64,000 bases of DNA from NCBI GenBank assembly GCA_016186945.1, contig JACPKR010000038.1, positions 15,472 through 79,471 on the forward strand, read 5' to 3'. The notes below the pieces were generated by a model. That model did not search any database, had not been told where the DNA came from, and saw only the letters and a list, made by a program, of their open reading frames with translations. Positions 9,182 to 18,173 of this stretch are shown piece by piece. The stretch's first letter is position 1; each line of letters starts with the position of its first letter. The DNA comes from Deltaproteobacteria bacterium. Lineage in GTDB: Bacteria; Bdellovibrionota_B; Oligoflexia; Oligoflexales; Bog-1112. Made by a program: the position numbers and the translations under genes.

Positions 9182-9330
9182 TATAGTATTTGGGAAAACG
9201 AATTTGTGGAGAGGACCTTTTTTGAAAAAAAGTTCCCCTCCACACCTCCCCCCAAAAAACTTCAAATACTGAAGTTTTTGAAAAGGGGGTTGGGGAAATA
9301 ACTTTTTTCAAAAAGTTTGTCTGAAATTCT
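9182..9330 (+). mobile_element. MITE-2 copy C (right end degenerate)
   Basis: The left 140 bp match copies A and E. Similarity decays after AAAAAGTTTGTCTGAAATT. The degenerate end overlaps the kinase ORF start. Confidence 0.7.
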
Positions 9331-10625
9331 TGATCCTCAATCTCTTGTCCACCTCGCTGCTTGCTGTAACACCGGCCCATCTTATCAAGCGGGTCCATTT
9401 TCCCCCTCGCCTTTCACAGGAGGTGGCCTACACCCTTTACGATTCCGCAAGTCTGAAAGCGACTCTGGAAGAAAGGTCCGACATTCTTCAGAAAGCAAAT
9501 CGCCTTGCGAATATTCTTAGCACCAAGCTCCCGGTCCGCCGCTCTAAAATTCAATACATGGTCGCGTTTATTGAAAAAAATAGGCAAGAGCACCCTGATG
9601 TCATAGGACTTGGTTCCCTCTACATTCCCAAAAATCACGAGCTTCCTTTTTCAATTCAAGTTTATGACAATGGACACACCTACATCAACCTTGAAGAGGC
9701 TGATCCCGAGAAGAAAAAAGGAGGCTATAAATCGTTTGCCCGGGCCCTCGACTACGATAACGAAACCTTCTACGCCCAACTACGTACCGAGGTGAAAGAC
9801 TTTTACAATCTTAAAAAACAAATCCGTGAACTGGAAATCATGGATCTCCTTCGTGACAGCCCCGAAGCTTTGAACTACCGAGACACCGATATTTACGTAG
9901 TCAAAGAATTCGATGAAGCGAAACATATCCTGTCCATTCATACAGAGGTATATGACACCGATCTTCGCTCTTTCAAAGGGCAGAGGGAGGATACCGAGCA
10001 GCTTCTCACGCTTCTGAAAGGAGCAACAAAAGGTCTTCATGCCATGCATCAACACTCCGTCGTTCATCGTGACTTAAAAGCTGCTAACTACTTTTTTAGG
10101 GAACGAGCCGGGACTAGGGAAATTGTCATCGCCGACTTCGGCTTGAGTCAGAGCGCTGACGATCCTCGCTTTGGCCTTAATCTGTGCGGTACCCGTGGGT
10201 TCATGGCACCAGAATCATGTCATCGCTGGGCTTCGGACCGATCCGCCTTCAGAACTCTAGCCGAGGGGAAAGCTGCGGACGTCTTTTCCCTGGGAATGGT
10301 GTTCCGGGAACTCATCTGGGGTGATCAGGCAAGCCCCGACAGCAAAGCTCTCACCCAACTCAACTACGCAGCCCTGCCCCCGAAAACAAGTGGGAAAACG
10401 CTTGACCCTAAGGAAGTTGAAAGTCGCTTCGAGAGTTTCGTCACAGCCTATGGAGCATCCTACCCTCAAGTTGGAGACGTGAGGCCCAGGACCAAATGCC
10501 TTTTCATTCTAAACGCACTGACTTGGAAAATGTTAGACCCTCATGCCCATGACAGGCCCTCAGCTGAATATGTACTCCAGAGTCTGCAGGATCTGGATCG
10601 CACCCAGCTTTGCGCAAACTCGTGA
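9330..10625 (+). CDS. Ser/Thr protein kinase (Hanks type)
   Basis: HRDLKAANYF catalytic loop, DFGLS and GTRGFMAPE activation segment. The start is uncertain (TTG at 9330 lies inside degenerate MITE-2). Confidence 0.75.
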   Translation: MILNLLSTSLLAVTPAHLIKRVHFPPRLSQEVAYTLYDSASLKATLEERSDILQKANRLANILSTKLPVRRSKIQYMVAFIEKNRQEHPDVIGLGSLYIPKNHELPFSIQVYDNGHTYINLEEADPEKKKGGYKSFARALDYDNETFYAQLRTEVKDFYNLKKQIRELEIMDLLRDSPEALNYRDTDIYVVKEFDEAKHILSIHTEVYDTDLRSFKGQREDTEQLLTLLKGATKGLHAMHQHSVVHRDLKAANYFFRERAGTREIVIADFGLSQSADDPRFGLNLCGTRGFMAPESCHRWASDRSAFRTLAEGKAADVFSLGMVFRELIWGDQASPDSKALTQLNYAALPPKTSGKTLDPKEVESRFESFVTAYGASYPQVGDVRPRTKCLFILNALTWKMLDPHAHDRPSAEYVLQSLQDLDRTQLCANS

Positions 10626-10695
10626 GCCGCCGCAAAGCACCGCCATTGACGAAGGTCCCAGATTTCAGTACAACTTGCCCAGGATAACGCCCCCG

Positions 10696-12309
10696 ATGAG
10701 GAATACCGTGAATCTCGAACACGAAATACAACGACGCCGTACGTTTGCGATCATCTCCCACCCTGACGCCGGCAAAACGACCATTACGGAAAAATTGCTC
10801 CTTTACGGGGGAGCGATCCAGATGGCTGGGACAGTGAAAGCCAAACGCTCAAAAAAATTCGCCACTTCGGATTGGATGGAATTGGAAAAGCAGAGGGGCA
10901 TTTCCGTAACAAGTTCTGTCATGAGTTTTCCTTACGCAGACCATGCCATCAACTTGATCGACACCCCCGGTCACCAGGATTTTTCCGAAGACACGTACCG
11001 CACCCTGACAGCAGTGGATAGCGCCCTCATGTTGATTGACTGCGCTAACGGTGTGGAGACCCAGACCAAGAAGCTTTTCGAAGTCTGCGCCCTGCGTAAA
11101 ACCCCTATCATCACATTTGTTAACAAACTCGATCGACCTGGACGTGATCCGTTCTCCCTATTGGAAGAGATTGAAAATGTCCTGGGTATTGCCACGTATC
11201 CCGTCACCTGGCCCATTGGCATGGGAGATGAATTTCGTGGGGTCTACAACCGCAAGACTCGGGAATTTCTGATCTACGACAGAAATTCGGACCGATCGCG
11301 TAAGGTGCCTCTCAGGGGCCTTTCCCTTGCCGATCCTCTCGTGGATCAAGAACTCGGAGACGAACATGCAAGAGCGTTGCGTGAGGACATCGAGCTACTT
11401 GATGCTGCAGGCGACAGCTTTAAGCTCCAGGCTTACCTGGAAGGAACACTCGCACCCGTTTTTTTTGGAAGCGCGCTAAACAACTTTGGGGTGGAGCTGC
11501 TGTTGGAGAATATTGTCCATCTTGCTCCTGGACCCCAGGCGAGGGATACAGCGCAACGAACGGTTATGGCAGATGAGAAGAATTTCACCGCCTTTGTCTT
11601 CAAAATCCAAGCTAACATGGACCCCGCGCATAGAGACCGTGTGGCCTTCCTCCGCATTTGTTCTGGCAAATTTGAACGTGGCATGAAAGCCCATCATGTG
11701 CGCCTGGGCCGCTTGATGCGCCTGGGACGCCCCACACATTTCATGGCGCAGGATCGTTCCCTAGTCGATGAAGCTTTCGCAGGTGATATCGTCGGTATCC
11801 ACGACCCCGGCTTGTTTCGCATCGGAGATTCCCTGTCATGCGGAGAAACCCTTAACTTCACAGATATCCCCGTGTTTGCTCCGGAACACTTCGTGCGTGT
11901 TGAACTCGCTGACCCACTCAAATCCAAGCAACTGAGAAAGGGCCTGGATCAACTTTCAGAGGAAGGAGCTGTTCAAGTTTTCCGCCCCCTTCACTCTAAC
12001 GATCAGTACTTGGGTGTTGTGGGCCTTCTTCAAATTGATGTTGTAAAATACAGGATCAAAGCAGAATACGGCGTTGACGTGAATATGAAAGCGCTGCCCT
12101 ATACTGCCGCTCGTTGGATTTCCTCGGACGACAAGAAAGCACTCGAAACGTTCAAAATCGACCAGGCAACCCATATCGTGCTGGACTCACATGAACATCC
12201 AACGCTGCTGCTTGATCATGACTGGCGTTTGAAATTTTATCAGGAACGGCACCCTGCTATCAAGTTTTTGCAAGTTTCGGAAGCCGTTCAAACGACCTAT
12301 AGTATTTAA
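10696..12309 (+). CDS. prfC: peptide chain release factor 3
   Basis: RRRTFAIISHPDAGKTT G1 motif, DTPGHQDF and NKLD. ATG at 10696 chosen over the track's upstream extension. The last 3 codons and stop lie in the TA+MITE-2 sequence. Confidence 0.9.
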   Translation: MRNTVNLEHEIQRRRTFAIISHPDAGKTTITEKLLLYGGAIQMAGTVKAKRSKKFATSDWMELEKQRGISVTSSVMSFPYADHAINLIDTPGHQDFSEDTYRTLTAVDSALMLIDCANGVETQTKKLFEVCALRKTPIITFVNKLDRPGRDPFSLLEEIENVLGIATYPVTWPIGMGDEFRGVYNRKTREFLIYDRNSDRSRKVPLRGLSLADPLVDQELGDEHARALREDIELLDAAGDSFKLQAYLEGTLAPVFFGSALNNFGVELLLENIVHLAPGPQARDTAQRTVMADEKNFTAFVFKIQANMDPAHRDRVAFLRICSGKFERGMKAHHVRLGRLMRLGRPTHFMAQDRSLVDEAFAGDIVGIHDPGLFRIGDSLSCGETLNFTDIPVFAPEHFVRVELADPLKSKQLRKGLDQLSEEGAVQVFRPLHSNDQYLGVVGLLQIDVVKYRIKAEYGVDVNMKALPYTAARWISSDDKKALETFKIDQATHIVLDSHEHPTLLLDHDWRLKFYQERHPAIKFLQVSEAVQTTYSI

Positions 12310-12464
12310 GATAATCAATTTGGGGAAAAACTTTTTGAAAAAAGTTATTTCCCCAAGCCCCTTTTCAAAAACTTCAGTATTTAAAGTTTTTTGGGGGGAG
12401 GTGTGGAGGGGAACTTTTTTTCAAAAAAGGTACTCTCCACAAATTCTTTTTCTCAAATACTATA
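12298..12464 (-). mobile_element. MITE-2 copy D (full length)
   Basis: Fills the entire prfC-glnS spacer, flanked by TA. The glnS ATG is 14 nt beyond it. Confidence 0.8.
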
Positions 12465-12477
12465 AAATAGGAAACCC

Positions 12478-14136
12478 ATGGAAACGAAACGATCTAGCAA
12501 CTTCATTCGTCAAATCATCGACGAAGACTTACGAACAGGAAAACATAAACAAATCATCACGCGCTTTCCTCCCGAGCCAAACGGTTATCTTCATGTCGGA
12601 CATGCGAAGGCCCTATGCGTGAATTTCGGCATTGCGGAAGACTACCCAGGGGCATACTGCAACCTGCGCTTCGACGACACCAACCCCCTTAAGGAAGACT
12701 TACACTTCATCGAAGCGATCCAAGACGACATTAGCTGGATGGGCTTCCAGTGGCACGGGGATATCAAATATGCGTCAGCCTATTTTGATAAACTTCACGA
12801 CTATGCTGTACAATTGATAAAAATGGGCAAAGCTTACGTCTGCCGTTTAAGCACGGACGAGATGAAGACCTATAGAGGAACACTTACAGAACCTGGAAAA
12901 GAAAGTCCCGACAGAAATCGTTCTATCGAAGAAAACCTTGCCATGTTCGAGAAAATGCGGGATGGCGTTTACGACGAAGGTTCCTACACTCTACGCGCTA
13001 AAATCGACATGAATTCCGGTAACGTCAACATGCGTGACCCTGTGATCTATAGAATCCTCAAGGCTACCCACCCGATGCTTGGAAATAAGTGGGTCATCTA
13101 CCCCATGTACGACTACACCCACTGCCTGTCCGACTCGCTCGAATATATCACCCACAGCCTTTGCACTCTTGAATTTCAAGATCATCGGCCGCTTTACGAC
13201 TGGTTTATTGACACACTTCGTTGCGAGAGTCATCCACAGCAGATCGAATTTGCTCGCTTGAACGTCAACTATACGGTCACCAGCAAACGAAAGCTACGTG
13301 CTCTCGTAGAAAATAAACTCGTCGATGCTTGGGATGATCCCCGAATGCCAACGCTGAAAGGAATGCGCCGACGAGGTTACACCCCATCTGCTATTAAAGA
13401 TTTCTGTGAGCGCGTCGGTGTGACCAAAAAAGAAACGACGATCGACATAAGCCTTCTTGAAGAGTGCGTCCGGGAAGATCTCAACAAAAATGCCCTACGC
13501 GCTTTCTGTGTTCTCGATCCCTTGAAACTTGTGATTGAAAATTATCCTCAAGGAAAAAAAGAGCAAGTTTCCGCCCCCAATCATCCGCAGAATCCAGACA
13601 TGGGATCCAGACCCCTGCCGTTCTCTCGAGACATCTACATCGAGCGAGATGACTTCGCAGAAGTCCCCCCGAAGGGCTATTTCCGCCTTTCCCCTGGTCA
13701 GGAAGTCCGTCTCCGTTACGCCTACATCATCCGATGTGAGAAAGTGGTGAAAGACGCCTCAGGTAAAGTCACCGAACTGCGCTGTAGCTACGACCCCGAC
13801 ACCTTGGGGAAAAACCCCGTCGGACGCAAAGTCAAAGGCGTCATCCACTGGGTAAGCGCTGCCGACGCTGTGCCCGCTGTTGTCCGCCTCTACGACCGCC
13901 TGTTTACAGTCCCCGACCCTACGGAAAAAGAAAAGGACGGCATTCCCTACACAGATTTTTTCAACCCCCACTCCTTGGAAAGGCGCGACCACGCCATCGT
14001 TGAAGCGAGTTTGAGAAACGCTGCTCCCGAAACGCACTTCCAATTCGAACGACTGGGCTACTTCACCGTAGACCGGGATTCACGAGATAAACCTCTGACT
14101 TTCAACCGCACGGTGTCACTAAGAGAGACTCGGTAG
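12478..14136 (+). CDS. glnS: glutaminyl-tRNA synthetase
   Basis: Class I HIGH motif (PNGYLHVGH), VTSKRKL (KMSKS-like) and a typical GlnRS C-terminal anticodon-binding region. Confidence 0.95.
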   Translation: METKRSSNFIRQIIDEDLRTGKHKQIITRFPPEPNGYLHVGHAKALCVNFGIAEDYPGAYCNLRFDDTNPLKEDLHFIEAIQDDISWMGFQWHGDIKYASAYFDKLHDYAVQLIKMGKAYVCRLSTDEMKTYRGTLTEPGKESPDRNRSIEENLAMFEKMRDGVYDEGSYTLRAKIDMNSGNVNMRDPVIYRILKATHPMLGNKWVIYPMYDYTHCLSDSLEYITHSLCTLEFQDHRPLYDWFIDTLRCESHPQQIEFARLNVNYTVTSKRKLRALVENKLVDAWDDPRMPTLKGMRRRGYTPSAIKDFCERVGVTKKETTIDISLLEECVREDLNKNALRAFCVLDPLKLVIENYPQGKKEQVSAPNHPQNPDMGSRPLPFSRDIYIERDDFAEVPPKGYFRLSPGQEVRLRYAYIIRCEKVVKDASGKVTELRCSYDPDTLGKNPVGRKVKGVIHWVSAADAVPAVVRLYDRLFTVPDPTEKEKDGIPYTDFFNPHSLERRDHAIVEASLRNAAPETHFQFERLGYFTVDRDSRDKPLTFNRTVSLRETR

Positions 14137-14186
14137 GGGCAAGACTCTTAGTTTTTCCTCACAGTCATTTCTGTATAGACACCCTT

Positions 14187-14325
14187 GTAACCCGTAAGCT
14201 GTTTGTGGCAAAAAGGGAGAGGGGGGTTTGGGGGGGCGAGTGAAGCGTCGCCTCCCCCGGATTCCTTGGAGGAACCAGCTGCGCAGTTTCCTCCAAACCA
14301 CCTCCTTGCCTTAAGCGGCCTATGC
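14187..14325 (-). mobile_element. MITE-1 copy 2 (full length, degenerate TIRs)
   Basis: GTAACCCGTAAGC...GGGAGAGGGGGGTTTGGGGGGGCGAG...TTGGAGGAACCAGCTGCGCAGTTTCCTCCAAACCACCTCCTTGCC... Confidence 0.8.
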
Positions 14326-14339
14326 ACCTGGGGCGGCCT

Positions 14340-16487
14340 ATGAGAATGACAAGATTCGTTTTTCCTTTCATCACTCTATTAACGATCAACCTGGCAACTC
14401 AAAGTTTTTCCTTGGGCGATATTTCATACGCACAGATGGGAGAATACCTGGAAAATCTTGGCTTAGGGGGTGAATGTACCGCAGAATCCTATCAGCGCAT
14501 GCGGGACATGCTCATAAACACGCTCTCCCAAATCCAAGATGTATCCTGTGAAGCCGAGCAGCAAACTTGCCAGAAAGGGAAGATCGTAGACTGCACCTTT
14601 CAATTCCCGCATGAGTGGTGCGTCCAACTTTTACAAAACGAAGAGGACGACGGTTTTTCCAAACCTCTCAGGAAAAACTTCGTCGCCATCCTCAAATACG
14701 GCATTGCGCAACTGGAAAAACACAAGTCTTCTGAAACGCAGGAGCAGGCATTCGTCTTCATGCTTGCGAAGAATATCCTCTACAATATTTTTTCTGTCCC
14801 GTTCAAAACCCGCAAGATGACCTTTGAAGAAATTGTCACCTTCCCTGCTAAATTGACCTCCAAATTACGCTACAGGGGAGAGAAAGACAGGCGGGAACCC
14901 ATAACGCTTGAAGATGCCAAGAAAGAGGCAAAGTTTCTCGTCGACCCAGAGTCTGCCCAGCCTGATCGCTTTCTCACACCCTCAGAACTGGTGGGGAAAA
15001 CACACGAAGAACTTGCTGCCCTTGACGTTCGGGAGGATCACCACATATGGCACTCTGAACGTTATATGAAGGAACACCCCCGGCTCTGGGACGACTTCAT
15101 GAAGATGATGCAGACCTTGATAGAGCAGAATCTCGACGAGAGAAACGATGTCGAAACTCCGTACGACTTGGACCTGATGCGCCAAGTCGTTTGGCTCGAA
15201 CGGTTCCAGGACTCCGCAGGTGTTCATCCCAAATTAAGAGTCCGTGATGTACACGGATTCAAATGGAAACTGAAATTCGGGAGCGAGTTTTTTTCCGAAC
15301 AACTAGCTAACTTTCTTTACCTTTCCCTTGGGGGGAAATACAACGATCTTAATTTTTCCCACACCGTCGCAAATCCCGTCTACGTGGTTCTCCAAGAAAA
15401 GCCAGTTGAGCAAATGCAACAAAATCGGAAAACCCAACTTGCATGCGTAACTATCGCTACCCCTGACGACCTTCAACAATGCCTTGATAAAAAATCTAAG
15501 AAGCCGATTAAAATAAGCCAATACGTCCTACCAGGAAACGTAGGTGTGATCGACGACTCCAATCTTGCTGCTTTCATGAAAGATTCCCACATGAAAGAGA
15601 AAGACCTATTGGGACGCCACTACATAGCACTGCACCAGGTTTCCATGGAGTTCCGTGATAAACGTATCCTAAAACGAACGGGACCTGCTCCTCACAGTAC
15701 GATGGGAAACGAAGATGATCGCGCGATGCGTGGTATGATCCTCTTCCATTTCTGGGTCGACAACTTCGATGTTAAAGATGACAACGGAGAAGGTGCACTT
15801 ATGCCTACCCCGTACGGCCCTCGTCAGCTCATCCAAGCACCTACCGACCTCGGTGGTGCTTTCCGCGGCTCGCTCGGTCACGGCACCGGTGTTCTTGGAA
15901 ATGGTATCGGTATCAATCATTACAATGAAAAAGATTGGCTTTTTGTTCCTGCGCTTGACAGGAGGCACTTGCTCTACCCAAGATTGATGACTTTCTTCCC
16001 CGATTCGGCAAAGAAAGCACGCTTCTCAGATACCCTCTGGATGGCGAAGAAGATTGTGGGCCTCCCCTTCGACACCATCAAACGAGGGGTTGATATGACC
16101 CCCCTTCCTGACTTCTATAAAGATCTCCTTCTCTATAAACTAGCGAAACGTCGAGCTGACTTAGCCAAACTATACGGTATTGAAGATTTGCTCGATGTAA
16201 GCACGCTCAAAATTCCGGAACACAAGGTATCGTTCGGTTGTCCTGGATGTGACGAGGAAATTGCCGAGCGTTACCATATTCCCGTCAGCCTGATCGCCGC
16301 AGAACGGAAAAAGCTAGGCATCGACGGAAAACAGTGGATCGAATCTGTTGTCAGAAAGGGAAGACTTGAAAAGTGCAACACGTCTCTTCTCATCAACCTG
16401 CTGGAGCGCTACGCTTACCCTGACGGGCTTTCCCGCAACCACCTCATCGTATTTGAAAAACCAGGGGTCTGCCGTTTCCATTTGTAA
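14340..16487 (+). CDS. secreted hypothetical protein with protein-kinase-like motifs
   Basis: Signal-peptide-like N-terminus (MRMTRFVFPFITLLTINLATQS). Motifs FKWKLKFG, FWVDNFDVKDDN (D-x-K-x-x-N) and TDLGGAF (DFG-like) in kinase order. Confidence 0.5.
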   Translation: MRMTRFVFPFITLLTINLATQSFSLGDISYAQMGEYLENLGLGGECTAESYQRMRDMLINTLSQIQDVSCEAEQQTCQKGKIVDCTFQFPHEWCVQLLQNEEDDGFSKPLRKNFVAILKYGIAQLEKHKSSETQEQAFVFMLAKNILYNIFSVPFKTRKMTFEEIVTFPAKLTSKLRYRGEKDRREPITLEDAKKEAKFLVDPESAQPDRFLTPSELVGKTHEELAALDVREDHHIWHSERYMKEHPRLWDDFMKMMQTLIEQNLDERNDVETPYDLDLMRQVVWLERFQDSAGVHPKLRVRDVHGFKWKLKFGSEFFSEQLANFLYLSLGGKYNDLNFSHTVANPVYVVLQEKPVEQMQQNRKTQLACVTIATPDDLQQCLDKKSKKPIKISQYVLPGNVGVIDDSNLAAFMKDSHMKEKDLLGRHYIALHQVSMEFRDKRILKRTGPAPHSTMGNEDDRAMRGMILFHFWVDNFDVKDDNGEGALMPTPYGPRQLIQAPTDLGGAFRGSLGHGTGVLGNGIGINHYNEKDWLFVPALDRRHLLYPRLMTFFPDSAKKARFSDTLWMAKKIVGLPFDTIKRGVDMTPLPDFYKDLLLYKLAKRRADLAKLYGIEDLLDVSTLKIPEHKVSFGCPGCDEEIAERYHIPVSLIAAERKKLGIDGKQWIESVVRKGRLEKCNTSLLINLLERYAYPDGLSRNHLIVFEKPGVCRFHL

Positions 16488-16488
16488 A

Positions 16489-16518
16489 ACTGGGAACAGT
16501 CATTCTTCTTTTCCCAGT
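16489..16518. terminator. candidate bidirectional stem-loop between convergent genes
   Basis: ACTGGGAA-14 nt-TTCCCAGT. It starts 2 nt after the stop at 16487 and overlaps the last codons of the GH1 gene. Confidence 0.3.
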
Positions 16519-18005
16519 AAGCGACCATCTTTGATGATCTTTCTATAGATTTCAGCGCTTGGTCGAAATCTACGCTCAAACTCGTTATCGAAATCGACCT
16601 GCATGAGTCCGAATTTCAATTCAAAACCGTGGATCCATTCGAAGTTGTCCATCAACGACCAATAGAAATATCCTCGTACATCAACCCCACCGTGGCGCAT
16701 GGCGTAACCCATTTCTTTGATATGGGCCGGGATGTATTTTTGCCGTAGCGTGTCGTTGAAGGCAGCCTCCGCAATGCCATGTTCAAGTACAAAAATAGGG
16801 AGGTGATATTTGTCGTTAAGAGCCGTCAACACACGATAGAAGCCATGAGGGGACATGACGTGCTTCATCTCGTCAACGTCCTGTGTAGGATCGTTGGGAT
16901 CGTATTCATACACATCCGGATTATACGGGTCGTTTAGCTTGCTTTGAAAAAAAAGACGCCCGTAGTAGTTTACCCCCAGATAGTCTTGCGATCCTGCCAG
17001 ATCGGGAATGCTCTCGTTAAATGATGAGCCGGAAACATGAAGCTTGCCCGTTGCCAGAGCGTCAAGAAAGTCGTAATGAAAAGCCTGCTCTGCTATTTTT
17101 GCCGAGATCCTGTCTAGCGGATTGAATCGACGCATAGGCTCGAAGGTCCGAGAGTGTTTGGCAATCCCCACCCAGGTTTCATGATCGTTCTCTTTCTCGA
17201 ATGCTTTTATAAGTTTATATGCCTTCAAATGAGCTTTCAGCAGCTGTGAGACAACGGGAGCATACTCGTCTGGCTCCTTGCGCTTCTCGAGCGGAGGGTA
17301 ATAACCAAGATGATAGCCTTCGTAAAGGTAGACCATAGGTTCATTGAGCGTCACCCAATAGGAAACATAGCGTCCATAATGATCGAGACATGCTTGCACA
17401 AACTGACCAAACAATTCAAGCGCGTCCTCCCTCTCCCATCCACGCTTTCCATTGCGTTCATTCCAAAACCACTCGGGTGTGGCAAAATGGAACAGGGTAA
17501 CGAATGGTTCCATTTTCAAGCTTTTCAGCGTCTCGAAAATGTTTCTATAATACTCAACTCCGTCCGGATCAGGCTTCGTCATCCCCTCACGTGGGAAGAG
17601 TCGTGACCAGGAGATCGAGAAGCGGTAAGCATTCGTCCCCAAGGATTTCGCATCACTGAGATATTCCATCGCAAGCGAATCGTAGTTCGTCTTCTTCTCT
17701 CGGACATCATTAGAATAGTTGTCCAGGCGAGCAATATGACCAGCCTTTGGTAATAAACTCCTCCCCGAGGCTTCGTCCGTTAATCCCTCCTTGACTACAC
17801 GTTTTTCAAAGGCTGTCCAGTCACTCGCCTGCTGTCCCTCGACTTGTTGATCAGAACTTGCAGTGCCCCAGAAGAATTGACTGGGGAATTTGAAAGGAGT
17901 GTCTTCAAACTGTGAGAATACCCGGTCTACACGATCATTTCCCAAACGGAAAATCGAAGCATATGTACCAAGTCCAATTCCCAGAGCAAGAAGAAACCAT
18001 TTCAT
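16500..18005 (-). CDS. glycoside hydrolase family 1 (beta-glucosidase-like), N-terminal signal/anchor
   Basis: GH1 signatures FxWGxAxSxxQxEG, TLNEP (acid/base) and YFYWSLMDNFEW. The nucleophile region reads VLEHG. Confidence 0.85.
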   Translation of the reverse strand: MKWFLLALGIGLGTYASIFRLGNDRVDRVFSQFEDTPFKFPSQFFWGTASSDQQVEGQQASDWTAFEKRVVKEGLTDEASGRSLLPKAGHIARLDNYSNDVREKKTNYDSLAMEYLSDAKSLGTNAYRFSISWSRLFPREGMTKPDPDGVEYYRNIFETLKSLKMEPFVTLFHFATPEWFWNERNGKRGWEREDALELFGQFVQACLDHYGRYVSYWVTLNEPMVYLYEGYHLGYYPPLEKRKEPDEYAPVVSQLLKAHLKAYKLIKAFEKENDHETWVGIAKHSRTFEPMRRFNPLDRISAKIAEQAFHYDFLDALATGKLHVSGSSFNESIPDLAGSQDYLGVNYYGRLFFQSKLNDPYNPDVYEYDPNDPTQDVDEMKHVMSPHGFYRVLTALNDKYHLPIFVLEHGIAEAAFNDTLRQKYIPAHIKEMGYAMRHGGVDVRGYFYWSLMDNFEWIHGFELKFGLMQVDFDNEFERRFRPSAEIYRKIIKDGRLLGKEE

Positions 18006-18040
18006 AAGTCATCCTTTCATCAAAGCCTCTTTAAAGCCTT

Positions 18041-18087
18041 GCAAGGAGGTGGTTTGGAGGAAACTGCGCAGCTGGTTCCTCCAAGAA
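18041..18087 (+). mobile_element. MITE-1 copy 3 (core hairpin only)
   Basis: GCAAGGAGGTGGTTTGGAGGAAACTGCGCAGCTGGTTCCTCCAAGAA in the divergent promoter region. Confidence 0.8.
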
Positions 18088-18173
18088 TACGGTTTTTTTA
18101 AATTATCTCTAGACTTTCACATTTTTACAAGATATTAATTTGATTAAGAAATCAAATACAACAAAGGTTCTCT

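Noticed and set aside
10543-10695. 51-codon upstream extension of prfC overlapping the kinase gene
   Set aside because: Conserved RF3 sequence starts at MRNTVNLEHEIQRRRTFAIISHPDAGKTT (ATG 10696), and the extension has no RF3-like sequence.
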